Part shown: positions 26,801-40,011 of the stretch, piece after piece
Layout of the letters: every line of letters begins with the position of its first letter
Position numbering within the stretch: the first letter of the stretch is position 1
NCBI GenBank assembly: GCA_027604505.1
Contig: JADIIX010000026.1
Coordinates: 1-64,000 of the forward strand
Direction: 5' to 3'
Length of the DNA: 64,000 nucleotides
Source: Gonapodya sp. JEL0774
Taxonomy: Eukaryota
The notes under the pieces: model-generated
Told to the model about the DNA's origin: nothing
What the model saw: the letters and a program-made list of their open reading frames with translations, nothing else
Database searches by the model: none
Position numbers and translations under genes: made by a program

Positions 26801-28229
26801 CGAAGTCGACCGGAAATTTCATGACGTTGCGCGACGCTACAAGAGAGTTCGGAGCAGACGCAACGAGGCTTGCCCTGGCAGACTCTGGCGATACCATGGA
26901 TGACGCGAACTTTGTGAGCACCACAGCAAACGCTGCTATCCTGCGGCTCTTCACGCAAAAAGAATTCTGTGAAGAGGTAGCGGAACAGGCTCGTCAGGGA
27001 AACTTGCGCACAGGACCTTTCAATTTTGCCGACAAAGTCTTCGAGTCTGACATAAACAAAGCTGTTTCTTCGACACAAAAGAATTACGAGCAGATGCTTT
27101 TCCGGGAGGCCTTGTTGACTGGCTTTTATGAGCTACAAAATGCACGAGATGCTTATCGAGAATATTTGAAGACCAGTGGAGTTTCCCCCGACACCCGGGC
27201 CGAGGGACCGGGAATGCACATTGATCTGGCGATGCGCTTTATTGAGGTACAGGCTCTCTTGGTCGCCCCTATCATCCCCCACTGGAGCGAACACATATGG
27301 CGGAAAGTTTTGCATAAGGTAAGTTATCTCAAGTTTGCGAGAGAGCGATGGCTGAAGTGGCAATGGAAAGATGACTACAACCTTGTGAGAGCCTCCAAGG
27401 AGGCGAGGATATTACCACTATTCACACTGTCTGACTGTTGTCCAGTAACTGCGGGATCGTCTCGACCATCATGCTTATCAATATGCAACTGCTCATTGTG
27501 CGATTCCCGTTTCTTGCAGGACGGAACCGTCACCGCTGCTGCTTTCCCCGCCGCGGGCCCAATTGATGAAAGTGCTGTTCTGGCAATGGAAAACATTCGT
27601 CGGGTGATTTCGGATATTCGCAGGGAGGAAGAGAACCTGGCCAAGAAAAAGGCAAAGGGCAAGCCAGTACCGAAATCCGAGTCTGGGACGAAGGCTGGGA
27701 CCATTTTTGTTGCCGCACACTTCCCGACCTGGCAAACCCAATCAGTGGAGGCGCTGAGGGAGGTGTACGATGAGGTGAGTGCACGAAATCACTGGTTCTG
27801 TCAACGGTCTTAAATCGGGCATGGACGATGACTCTCAGGCGAACGGTACTTTTGTAAACGACAAGGAGGTCCTGCAAGCTAAGGGTCTACTCAAGGACGC
27901 TCGGGTCATGAAGTTCGTCGGGACATTCAAGGTTGGTGTCAACCAGCGATATTGTTTTGCAGAAAGCTTCCGCTAGTACTCACAAGATATCGCTGATTGG
28001 CTAGAAACTGATCGTGGAGCAGGGTGTGCGTGGATTTGATCGTGAACTCAAGTTCAATGAGCTTGCGACCGTGTCTGACAACAGCGAATATATCCGACGA
28101 TCTCTGGGCTTGGAGTCACTTAAGATTGTGCGTGCGGAAGACGTGGTTGCCAGCGCGGATGCCACGGCTGAAGAGAAGAAGAAGGCTGAGTTGGCTGAAC
28201 CTGGCAACCCCACATACCTCGCGCGTTAA
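23886..28229 (+). CDS. CDC60: Cytosolic leucyl-tRNA synthetase, about 12 exons
   Basis: Motifs [14 protein letters not shown] (HIGH), [14 protein letters not shown] (CP1 editing domain), [28 protein letters not shown] and KMSKS are present, and all junctions are GT-AG. Confidence 0.97.
25814..25893 (+). ncRNA. Intronic box C/D snoRNA, snR54/SNORD59-like (guide for 18S rRNA, yeast Am974 equivalent)
   Basis: C box ATGATGA at 25819-25825 and D box CTGA at 25885-25888. The guide AACTTTCGTTCTT is antisense to conserved 18S AAGAACGAAAGUU and sits just before a D'-like CCGA at 25855. Confidence 0.8.
27361..27440 (+). ncRNA. Candidate second intronic C/D snoRNA (target not identified)
   Basis: C-like box AAGATGA at 27368, CTGA at 27431, internal hairpin GCCTCC-AA-GGAGGC, and terminal stem CAATGG/CTGTTG. 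Confidence 0.35.
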
Positions 28230-28279
28230 TATTTTCAAATGTATTGAGACTCAGATCACGAAAATTGTAGAATATACGT

Positions 28280-29209
28280 TTATTTCCCCTCTGTTGCGAA
28301 CTTCAATGAGACACTGTTCACACAGTGCCTGGACACACCGACAAGAGCAGGAATGACACCGTTATTCCGACCAATTACAGAACCCAGTTACACAACTTAC
28401 CTTTCGTCTGTCGGCGTGGGGAAACCCTCCCCTTTGAAAACGTGTCCCAAATGCCCACCACACTTTGTGCATGTGATCTCTATTCTCCTCATGCCAAAGG
28501 CGTTATCCTCATGTCGCGAAACGGCCCCTGAAACACAACCAGGGGGAGTTCCATATCATACGGTTAACAGTTCAACAAAAACAGTCACGAACGCTTACCA
28601 GGAATAGCATCGAAGAAAGCTGGCCAACTAGAAGATGAGACGTGGTGAGAATACAGTCAACCCTGTATCAAGTTAGTACATCCGCCCGCCGGCTCACCCG
28701 CAACCAGACTTGAACTTGGTGTCTAAACAAAGAGAAATAGTGACATTGTCGGTCCCACTCGGCCAACTCTTCCGGTCAAGATCCGTATTCCCTCACCTGC
28801 TTTGTAAAGGGGTGTCCCACATCCCGCACAAGAGTACACGCCTGACGAGCATTGATACGTCCCATTCGGGGTCGAGGATATGAAACATCGACAGTGGAGA
28901 CCGATAGCGAATCCCAATTAATTAGTACTGGTTCCGCGCTAGTAAAGCAGACGACTGTCAAAGTTTACCTGCATCTGGGTAGTGCTTATCATATTCTCCA
29001 GTAAATGCTGGCTCTGTGCCCTTTTGGCGAAGAATCCTGAATTGCTCTTTTGAGAGAACTGCCCTCCATTCGTCGTCAGAGTGTGGAAGCGATCCGTTTG
29101 CCATTATCGACTGGAAGCGCGTACTTGTAGCAGAAACCGAAGCGAAGGAGAGAGCGCTTAGAGCGATTGTTGTGATGGGAAGGAGGGAACGAATTGTGCG
29201 AGAGTTCAT
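28280..29209 (-). CDS. MXR2: Methionine-R-sulfoxide reductase MsrB (Cys form, Zn-binding), 6 exons
   Basis: Spliced product reads [69 protein letters not shown]. Confidence 0.95.
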
Positions 29210-29359
29210 ATATTGGACTGTTACCAAACCCTCACGTAAAAGGTACCAGCCTCCGTTCTCGAGTGAATTTGTAAAGATCCCATTATGCGTGCAAATTATT
29301 GACACAATCACTATAATCTCGAAACTTCACTATCACTTCGCCAAACAATTACATGCCTT

Positions 29360-30649
29360 CTAGAAATGAACCCTGATAGCCTGCGTTGCCGTTGACTCTT
29401 GAGGGCAATACGGACATTTGAATCTGGCTTGCAAATTGTTTTTACAAAGCCTGTTGAGCGCCTCTTTCGAGATGATGTGACCGCACTGTATCATCATGGG
29501 GGGGTTCTCGTCAAGTCCATTCCACGCTTCCTTGGTTACTGGACATACAAACAGGGAGTGATAGTGCTGGCTGTCGAGAACAGGTATCTCGACGGGTAGC
29601 TCCCCTTGTTGCGACCATTCCAACCCAGACTTGTCTTTCATGATCGAAGACATTTTGTAGAGGGTGGGAAGGGCGGCAGTTCCGATTTGAAGCGCAACAA
29701 GTAGCGGCGGGTCAGCTGGGAGGCCGAGGAGTGCGCAGAAGTCACGAACAAATCGGGTGTGGAGATCTCCGAAGAGGGTGGGGCGAAGGAGGTCGGCGTA
29801 GGGGGAGGTTGATAGGCGGTTGGAGAACAAAATGGCGCACATCAAGCGTTGAATCTCTGCAGACATATTTTATGGTTTCAGAAATGACAAGTATGTTGGT
29901 GAAAACTCCAACAACGGTAATGATGCACTCTCGAGACACTCACCGCCAAAATTGGAGGTCGCAAAGTCCGCAAAATTGACTCTAGCATAGTCCCTCGCGG
30001 ACACCGGGTTCGCACTTTTCAGAGACTGAACGAACCGACACTTGTGCAGGTCGAATTCCAGGGAACTCCCCCGCACGACCAGTGCTGACCGATTCCGCCG
30101 GGCCCACGCCAGCGCCGGCTCCAGGTCCGGGTCCGAGCCCGCCACTCCATCTGGTCCTGCTCGCCGCATGGCTTCCAAGATGTGGTACATTTCGACGAAT
30201 TGTGCTTTGAGCTCCTCCGGCAAGTCCAGTCCAGCCTCCTTAACGAACGTCTCCGCAACCTCGAACCTCCCTTCGCGAATAAAGTGCAGTGCTATAGTCC
30301 GAGCAAGGACAGACTCTTTTCCTTCGAAAGCTTTCGGGTTCCAGCCCGCATTCAGGTCCATTTTGAACCTCTTGTCCACGGCCTTGGCGTACTTGCTGCA
30401 CACATTCTGCAAATCCTTGTGGGCTTCTTGGACCTGGCTCGACGCTGTCTTCACCTTGGAAGCGAGAAGGAACAGCGGCGCGTCGGGCGCAGGTGCTGGA
30501 GGCTGGCCGACGTCTGAATTCAGACGGAGGAGTTTGTCGCGAGTTTCGGTCAGGGCGGCGATGATGGCATCCAAGGACGCCGATGTCTCATCCGCGACAG
30601 TCTTTTGCTTCTTTGCAAGACGGTCGAATTCTTTGGACAAGGTCTCCAT
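29360..30649 (-). CDS. RMD5: GID/CTLH complex E3 ligase subunit Rmd5/Gid2, 2 exons
   Basis: LisH-like IALHFIREGRFEVAETF, CTLH SSLEFDLH, and degenerate RING YHSLFVCPV...PPMMIQCGHIISKEAL...FKCPYCP are present. Confidence 0.93.
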
Positions 30650-30721
30650 TGTGGGAATATGGACTGGATCAAGAAAGGTCAAGTGTGATCTGCACCCCAC
30701 AGTCATCATTCGACCACGCAT

Positions 30722-32918
30722 TCATTTATTTACAATTTTATGAGCCAAACCCCGCAATTGAAATCTCCCCTTTTCATCCCACGCCAGCCACACCAGTCCC
30801 GCCAAACATATGCTGACTATTCCCGCCACGCACACAAGCGTCCACCCACCCTTGACCCAACAAGCGGTGCCCACAAGCGACCCGACAAAAGTTCCACTAT
30901 ACGCAATAATCATGTATATCCCGTTCACCCGACTTCTCGCCGTCGCTGAAATGGTGTACACACGCAGCTGATTCGCCACCTGCTGCGTCTGCCGTCCAAA
31001 GTCGAGGAAAAACGCCGCGACGACCACGACCGCGACATGCTTGCGACCCGCGGTGATCCCCAAGATCCACGTGATGGACTGTAGGGCGACCCCGATCATG
31101 ATCACGAGGTAGGACCCGCCGAGACGGTCGGCCAGCTTCCCGCCGAACGGGGCGGCGAGGGAACCGGAGATGCCGGCGAGCCCGAGCAGGCCGATTTGAG
31201 TGGGGGAGTATGAGTAGGGTTCGCCGGCGAGGAGGAAGGTGCTGGTGGTCCAGAAGGAAGCTTAACGGGTGGGATGAAGTTGCAATGGTGGGAGAATTCC
31301 ACAAGGAACATTGTCGCGGTACTTACTGAACCCAGTGTAGCATAAGAATGCAATTATTGAGCACTGTTGCAGCTTCGGTTCTGATCATAAGTGGTTGTGC
31401 GTATGTGATCATCATTGTCGAGCGGACTGGCCCACCCCTTACAAAGTGGGCTTCCGACGGGGCACTCACCGGTAAGAAGAAAGTGCAAACAACTCTTATA
31501 GATTTGCACAAACGTCATCCCATCATTGGTCTTCTTGAGCGGTGGCAGCAAGAAAAACACCACGCCACCGACCGCGCACTGGAGTCCCGCCGCGATCAAG
31601 TAGACCCCCCTGTACGTCAATCTGTCCGCAATGACACCCGACACCACCCGTGCCACGAGGACGCCGATGAGCGTGCCCGATATCACCTGCGTTGTGCGGA
31701 GAAGGGCGACTTATTGGACCGTTGGGGGGGAAGTGACGACGGTGACGGCAGAATACGATGGGGCTACACTGCACCTTGCCGAGATTGCTTCCCATACGTG
31801 AGGCGGGGCTTAAGTCGGCGGCGAGCGGGATGATGATTTGGGGGAGGACGGTGGCGACTCCCTGTTGGGCAGAGCGGCGTTTGAAGTCGTGAGGTCGTAT
31901 TTAGAGGCGACGGAAGAGCAGTACGGAACCATGCAAGAGAACACTGATCCATTGAATGACAACCCTCGTGTTTAATTGAAAGTCGCTCTGATTCCATTCG
32001 CACACCACGAATGCTCTGAGTACCCTTTGTAGTGGACCCGAATCATGGTCTGGTATTATACAACCCGCCGGTGATCCTTGAACAACCTCCGTCAGACATG
32101 CTCTCCTGTGAGTCACAACACCCGCTTGTCTCACTTCCACGCATCGCTCCTCTCATTTGCGATGATGATTTTGCACTACACACCATGACGAAATTGAGGA
32201 CCTGAAACAGGGCAAAGGGCGCAAACGCCATGGCCACTGAAATCGCGGCACACAGTAAAACCAGTACTGCCAAAAAAGGCTTCCTGGGCAGGATATCACC
32301 GAGGGGAGTGATGCATATCAAGCCTGCTGCGTATCCGCCTTGAAGCAGGGCGGGGATTGTGCCGATGGTGGTTTCATCGACGGCAAAGTGGGTTCGGAGG
32401 AGAACAAGGATGGGCCCCGCGTAGTAAAGGTTTGCGACGGAGATGGCGGAGAGGATGGCGCTGGAGGGAGCGGCGAACAGAGAACTTTTAGCAATAGACG
32501 TGTTGGTGTTATCCTGGCACACTCCCGATACATGCTTTCAGATGTGTCTTGACATCAAGTACAAGGTGCACACTCGGTGCATCCGCTCGCCGGTGCTCAC
32601 CCCTAATTTCATCACACTCTCCCTTCCACACCAACATCCCCTCCAGTCCCTTGCCCAGGACAATGCAAGGAAACTACACCATAAGGCCAGTGAAAAACGA
32701 TCGCTGGAGCAAAGCAATACTACGTACAGCAACCACATAAGCAAGCCCGAAAATTGGTTCTCGAGTTCAGGTGCAGGATCGTCAAGACTAGACGGCAGGG
32801 CCTTTTCTTCGTCTTTGAGGTCGAGGATGGACGTGTCGTTGTCGACTTCGGGGGAGATCTCCGGGTTTGGGTGGAGAGGCGGAGCAGGAGACTTCGAGTC
32901 ATTCGGGGACATTGTTAT
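30722..32918 (-). CDS. MFS transporter (YnfM/bacterial-type subfamily), multi-exon
   Basis: Motifs SVANLYYAGPIL, GYAAGLICITPLGDILPRK, VISGTLIGVLVARVVSG and QVANQLRVY...ARSRVNGIYM are present. The start is approximate. Confidence 0.85.
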
Positions 32919-33852
32919 GTAGGTTTCCACAAGGGAAGAATGGGAGTTGGCGGGTTGCAGGAGTTGTTAAGTTGGCGGTTGTTGGATTTGGAGGCGACAG
33001 CGCAGACTGCAGCGTCCGGGGAGTGTTGGGTGCTGATGCGAGTCCGTGATGGGTTGATGCTGTTGAAGGTCGGTGTGGGGGAGGGGAAGCTCCGGAACCT
33101 TTTTTTGGTCCCGACACCTTATGGTGTTCCTTGGCAATCTGGACGCAACATTAGAAAATTAGAACATTAGGCAATTTTTATCTAGACACAACCATTACTG
33201 TGAAGCTTGCGCACTCAAAGTATACGCCAGAAACTCAGACCACCGCATTTTCAGTTTCATGTAAAACATGATCCCTTGCCAACTCAGCTACATCCGTGAG
33301 GCCATAAAGAGACGGTCGGCGTGGCCGCAATCAAAACGACTCATGGAATCATTCCTTGCAACCACGTATTTTCCGCCATCGTTTGCCTGATCTGCGTGTG
33401 GTTCCTCCGCTTGCCGAGAATTTGGTACCCCTGACAGTTATAGACCTGGCTGGAACCCCTTTTGGATGGCGGGTGACACTCTGTTTCAAAGAAAAGATAC
33501 AACAATGTTGTCGGTGTTGCAAGCATATTCGAGATGCAGAATCACCTTGTACGGTCCCCTTACGCCTTGTGATGCAGTTGCTGGAGGTGTCATCACCAAG
33601 CAATTGTGTCCGGTTGTGAGTTTTATCAGATCTGTCCATGCTGATATCCCCTCTCAGGCAACGTCATTCACTGACAACCATAGAAACCACCTCAGAACAG
33701 CCGAGCGCGACACGAATTCCACGAGTGACCTGAACTGCCAATCACGGTCGTGCTATTTACACTTGTGTACGATACCTTAACAATCTATGTACCTCTATTT
33801 CAAATTAAAACACGAAAGTACTAGACGAGGACACTTCCTGTCGCTGAGGAAA

Positions 33853-35800
33853 CTACTTGGATGTCACAACGTTCAGTTCGTCAGGGGGACCCACGGGCGG
33901 AAGGAATCCCACGACGATCCCAGCAAGTCCGACCGCCGTGCCAAAGAACGCCATGGGAAATAGTTGCGTTTCCGATGAATGGATGACCAAGGGGGCGAAG
34001 CTGGCCCCGATCTTGGAAAAGGTTTGCGCGATGCCCAAGGCGCTGGTGCGGAAGGAGGTGGGGAAGGCGCCAGCTTGGAGCGAATTCGATTTCAGTTCGT
34101 AGTTCGTGAGACTGAGTGATTGCCTTTTGCAAAGAATAAGCTTAAACCCTTACCTGAGAGGGTCCACAAGGAACACGTTGCGAGCACTTGTTGGGGCAAA
34201 AACTTGGTCAGCTCGAAAACCACAAGAAGGACATCTCCATCTCGAGAAAAAAATATTGAACGAACGAACCATTCAGAAACTCCGCGGGAAGCATGAGAAT
34301 CCCCGACGTCGCGGAGAAGCCGTTTCCAGCCGCCACGGCCGCGAACGTGAACACCACGGCCTCGAGCAAGAAGCACCATCGAATGGTGCCGCGTGCTCCA
34401 AAGAGCGATATGCACATGGACGATAGAAACAAGGACGGCTTGGAGATGACCACCAGAAGGATGTTGAGGGCGTGCAAGGACAGGGGGGATTGTTCCGTGG
34501 TGGTGTCGAAGTTTGGGCCGTGGCGATGGAGGGAGCTGGTCAAGTGGGTCGTGTCCATGGCGACTCCTGCGGTTACAAAGGAGCAGTTTCATCGTACACG
34601 TATTACACCGATGCGGTTCCTGGAGACCCACCATACGACACCATCACCGACGCAAACCTAGAAACATCATCGTACTCATGACGCAAAGCGAGGCACCTTC
34701 AGTACTAAGCAAAACATCAAGTCTCACCACACATAACTCAGACAGAGAAGCCTGGTGAGATACGGCTGAGTGTACAAGCCACCCTTCCCAGGCGCTCCGC
34801 TGATCAAAGCGCCGATGGCCCTCCTCACCGATAACCTCAAGAGCCGATAAATAGCTCGCGGAGAATTCACACGAGCTTCATTGTGGGTGTCAACGGTTGC
34901 AGTAGCTTTCACATCGGCAGTGCTCCAATCGGGGTGGTCAGCGCCGTTTTTCGTCCCACTGACAAACTTCCATTGCTCCGATTCCGCCATGAAAAAAGCC
35001 GACGTCCCGACTAGCAAAATCTCCAGGACGCTGATTGTAACGGTCATGTCTCGCCAGTTTGGGGTCGTTAGAGCGAAGGCGGCGATTCCAGCTTGACCCA
35101 CACCACCCATAAGTGAGAACAATACAGATGTCCAACCTCTGCAAGGCGCACCAGAGCATGGTGGATTATGAGATGATCTATGTTGGAAGCCTCGCTATGA
35201 CAGAAACCGAGCGAACCTTTTGGCCATATCCGAATTCATCTCGATACCGAGAGACACTAGAGAGCGGAGGATCAGCGGTGGTCATGATGGACAAAGCCGG
35301 CAGAACCATCGAATGTCTCACTTGTTGACAGCAAGTTCCCACCAATACAAAAGCCCATTATAAACCTACACCGGCAGTATACAGGGAGATCCTCTGGTCC
35401 ACCAGCCAGCGTGGCTGTTGCCAGGTTTGCGCTCGCGAGACCAAGACCCGTTGCGAGTATTACGGGCTTTCGACCGAGTCTGTCTGCAAGTCGGGAGCAA
35501 AAGAATGCCCCTATTCATCTAAGTCTCAGTTCTCCAGGCGCTGTTGAATGGCGTGCAACGGCGAACACAACACACCAAAAATCCACCCAACAAAAGTAGA
35601 TGTTTCCACAGCGGCTAGTGAAGTTGGACTGGGTGATGAGAAAAAAAGATCTCGAGAATCGAGAGAAGCGTTCGACGGTTCAAGCGAGTAAACGGGAAGA
35701 TCTATTCATGAGATATCGAGAACGGTTGACACCTCACGCGCTTGATGGCAGCCGAGGTGAACCAAGACACACTGACGTACAAACGAAGGCGAAGATCATG
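33853..35800 (-). CDS. MFS transporter, SLC22/organic cation transporter-like (paralog 1); 5' end uncertain
   Basis: Motifs LADRLGRKP, PNWR...ESEQW, YVWFASVMVSYG and FPTSFRTSALGIAQTFSKIGASFAP are present. Confidence 0.8.
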
Positions 35801-36048
35801 GTCTGCGTGGCGATGGAAAGGTGAACTTTGTGTCGCCGATTCGAAACATCTACAGGCAAGGAACTCTCCACGCACCCAGAACCAGGAGAGAACGAACAGC
35901 GAAAGTGATGGTCCAAAGCGCGATGGCCAAGCTCCAGACTGGAGCCCGGTCATGGCCTCCTCTTCACCGAGTGTACCAACGGTTGCTCAATTGCACTATT
36001 CTAATTATGTAGTAGCAACTTTCATGGGACGACAAAGTTAAATATAAA

Positions 36049-39000
36049 TTATAACGACAAAACTCCATGACGGAAGGCCAGACTTTTCAAGGTGCCATAG
36101 TATCTACGTCGAGAAGGGTGGCATGAGTGTGCTAGTCACCGCCATTCAATTTGGCTGCACTCACCGCTCCGCAGTTGCCCACCACCGCATCATTCGCTCA
36201 AGCGCGGTCAAGACAATGAGAAGATTGTGCTGTGACCTACTTCTTGCGAGTTTAGCGATTGTTGGGTCAACCCAAGGCATTGCGTTTGGAAGACAATTGA
36301 CAACGTGAATCATACTGGAATCAGACGAATAAAGGGGTCGTAAAGGGGCCTTCATCTAGGTGCGCGTAAACAAACCAACAGAGCTCACCCGCTTTCAAAC
36401 AGCAAAAATGCCACAAATATGTGCACATGGTCATAATTTGGGTCAACGTCAAGAACTTTCTGCGATATCTCAGAGATCTTTTCACGAAGAAACGTTTCAA
36501 ATTTAGCCATCACTCGAAAATCAGCGCATAGCTCAAAACGTACACTCTCAGCGGCTCTACTGCAGATTTGAAAGTTCTCCTCGGACAACCACATGAAGTT
36601 CTCAAAATTCATCTCCGGTCTATTCAAGAGGATGATCGTTCCGTTGTACAGGAGATGAAGGTACGCGGCTGTCAGAAAAACGAACACGTCCTGGTTCAAA
36701 TGCCCGCCATGGTACAGGGTTTTGCCTCCACGGGTCCCCATTTTAGGTGGTAATCCAATATCTCGATACTGCATTGGAAGTGTCGCGAACCATTCCGAAA
36801 GTTGAACACTGACATCAAAATACTCGTGCCCTTCAAAGCGACGGGTATTCCCATAAGCGGTCGTGAAGGTTTCTCGGTGGTGCCTTGCACTTACCTTCAA
36901 ATCGGTGTTTACCTCGTCTCCGGACGAGCTGAATAGTCTTGGAATAGATTTGCACTAGAGCAGAAGACTCTCGAAATCCCAGAGACATTACTGTCGGCAA
37001 AGTTCCTTCAGGGTAGAGGTTCTTGATGGAGTGCTCGAGATTAATGTCGCTCTCTGTGAATATGTTTTGCCCTGGCATCCTGTGATCCGAATAAAATCCC
37101 TGCGCACCACGCGAGCTTGGAGAGATCCTGCCATCCACCACCATCTGCCGAAGAACTTGTTCGGCTTTTGTTCCAGGCATTGGTCTACCAAATTCGTCCA
37201 TCGAGTTCCAAGTCTCATCATCAGGATAGTCCACCGATGTCTTCAAAATCAGACGTAGTCAACAATTCGAAAGAAAGAGATGAAAATTAGGAACAGGGCA
37301 TTCAAAAGACCCTGAACGACTGCTGCGAACCTCGTTGACATTGACGAATGTATCTCGAGATGCCATGGCAGAGAAGTTGGTATCGATCCACATTACGCAC
37401 CACCTTCGTGTCGCACAGGGTGCTTAGAATTTAATAACTGCTGCGAGTTATGCCTATGCTTACCATGTGCGAATTCGGTACTCTCTCTCTAGCAGTGTCA
37501 TGGATCGGGAAACTCGGATAGATGGTTGAATGTGCCACTTCATCTCCATAGCCATTTTGGCTGCAAGTCCCAAGCTTCTCAGTGCAATCAGACGAGGTAC
37601 GTTTGATGTCAATTTGAGACAGACAACTCACTACATCCACCCCGAGCTCGGTCGCCCAGTTCCTCCACAATACGTAGCCATAATCAGTATTGCCGATGCC
37701 GCCATTGAGCTGGGTCCGTCATCAAGGCATGCAGCAAGCAGGCGCCGTGCTCGCGCGAAGTAGAACTCTCCTTCTGGGTTGATGCATGACTGGCGGCTGT
37801 TGTCGGATCGGCGAAAGCAGCATCCCATCGCGTACATTGCTATAATCAGAGTGGGGAACGCGTGAGACAGGACCACGGCAATCCCCCGAAAACAACTTTA
37901 CCATTGAGGAGTAGCGGTGAGGCTTGTTTCAATTTCACATCTCGATCTTCCGAGAATCGGCGGTCATCAGTTTGGCCATCCATCGTATATAAACGCTCTA
38001 CTCACAAAACTGAGCGACAGGCAAGGAAGGTCCCCATGACTCTATATGCTCGAAGTAAAGCCGCAGCAACTCCAAATTCGGCTCTTCGTGCGGAAAAATC
38101 GTGAGCATTATTTGCTGCGCTCGGGGTTTAGCTTTCATCTCAAGTTGGGAGAGTTCCTCAGCAAGGTCATCAATATCCTCGTCTGTAATGCTTTGCGAGC
38201 CAGGAGTTGAACCGCCGGAAATTTCGGGGAGTGACAATCCAGGATTCTGCTGTAGTGCGAGCTCAAGTGCAGATAAATCTTCGTGTGGAAGTGTATAGTT
38301 ATGTGGTACCGGTTTCCGAACTTCGGATGTGGATGGCGGCAATCGTGGGTTGGGCAATAGAGTGCTCGAGCTACCAGCCTGCATTAATGATGCAGCCTCT
38401 TGTTGGAAGAGAACATCCAGATTGTGTAGGTCCGCTTGGTCGGTCGCGTCGGGAACAATTCCCACTCCCTGACTAAGAGAAAGTTCAGAATTGATTCCTC
38501 CAAGAGCAAAAGCAGACGTGATATCAACGGGGAGGACGTTAACAGTGGAGAATAGATGTCTGTTTAAATGCGAATCGTCACTCAAACCGGTGTTGGTGAG
38601 GCCGAAGGGGAATAGCGTATCGAGGTTTAGGTGGTGCGAGGGAGATGAGGGTGAGTGCGCCCTGGCAGCGGTAAATGTATTGTGTAAATCAGTTCCAAAA
38701 AGGGAGAGAGATTGCGGTTGATTTAATGTCGTGTGCTGTGCAGAATCCAGGGAACCTGCATTCCCGCTACCATTGGGGGGTGAATGCTTCGGAGAGCGCT
38801 TCCGGGACTTCGAAGTTTCGCCTGAGTAAGGAGCCACCCGCCGGATTTTCGGACGGCGACCATCTTCATCAGACGGTGGCTTCTCGCCCTCGCTACCCGA
38901 CGACCGCTCGAACTCCCATTGTGGCCTCCCAGTTCCACTTTCCCCAAGAACCTACGGGCCAAAAACATGCACTAATCAATGCAAGGATAAATACGCCTAC

Positions 39001-39579
39001 TTAGACAATCACAAAAAGTACCTGCTCATATAGCGATGGGGCAACTCCTGACAACTTCCGCTCAATATGGGCAAGTTTCTGTTCCAGTGCGAGAACGTAA
39101 TTCGAACGAGCCCTATTCGTGGACTCCCGATTGTAGATGCAATCTCTGTTGAGTCTTCGACAATATGCGCATGGTCTTTATGAAAGGTCAGAGGTGCATC
39201 TACTACCAGTCTCTTGAAAACTCTCAACTCACTGCTCGCCATCGCACTTTTTCTTTGAGGCGTGGCAACTATATTTGATCGTTAAAGGAGAAAAAGACGA
39301 TTTACGATTTGAGACGAAAAGGTGTGTGAGCTCCCCACATCGATCATAACATCCTGCTCCAGCAATCGGAGTCATAGACCCGTGACATCACGTTAATCCA
39401 CTCGAGGTGATCCCAATTTAATCACAGGACATAAGCAGTTGGATGATTTGACTCAGAGCTTACTTATCGCATGCGAGGCTCACTCGCTGTCCCTTCCCTG
39501 GTCGCTTGTTCTGGAGCCCGAATGACTTGCGAATTTGGTTTATGGTTGTTGTATCAGACGGAGCAGCGGGAGGTGGCAT
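36049..39579 (-). CDS. Zn(II)2Cys6 fungal transcription factor with fungal-specific middle domain
   Basis: Three small exons splice into RVSLACDNCHASKKKCDGEQPCAYCRRLNRDCIY, followed by LRLYFEH and GRPSSGWM segments. Confidence 0.9.
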
Positions 39580-40011
39580 TTCCTACTTCGAGGCGCCTTG
39601 TGACAGGAAGATTCGCAAAGAGGGTTCTCTATGTACGAGGCCGGAAGGAAGGCACTTGTGAAATTAGGTTTGAGCCGTGAGGTAGCCCAACTTTGAAGAC
39701 CGTCAAGCAACGCCCAACATATTCAACAGTTTCATATGTGCATGGTAGTCCCATCACATACATTCTTTCGGAAACCTCGTGACAATTGGTGTGTGCTTGG
39801 TGAAGAGGGATTGAAGTTTTCTAAATCAATGTGCATTTGCCATCAGAAATGAGGGAGTGCACTTATAAATCATTCTATGCGTATACTTTGCGTGGTTGAG
39901 TAACGTGAAGGAAGTGGTATGTTGGAGCTGCCGTGGTAGCAAATCCACCGGATCGAGGCACACACCCCGTGCAGATTCGTGTCTTCTCAAAACACCAATA
40001 CATTGTCTACC

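Noticed and set aside
28280..28330. MsrB as a selenoprotein
   Set aside because: The catalytic codon is TGT (Cys).
32538..32615. Minus-strand GTGATGA...CTGA in an MFS intron
   Set aside because: No convincing antisense element or terminal stem.
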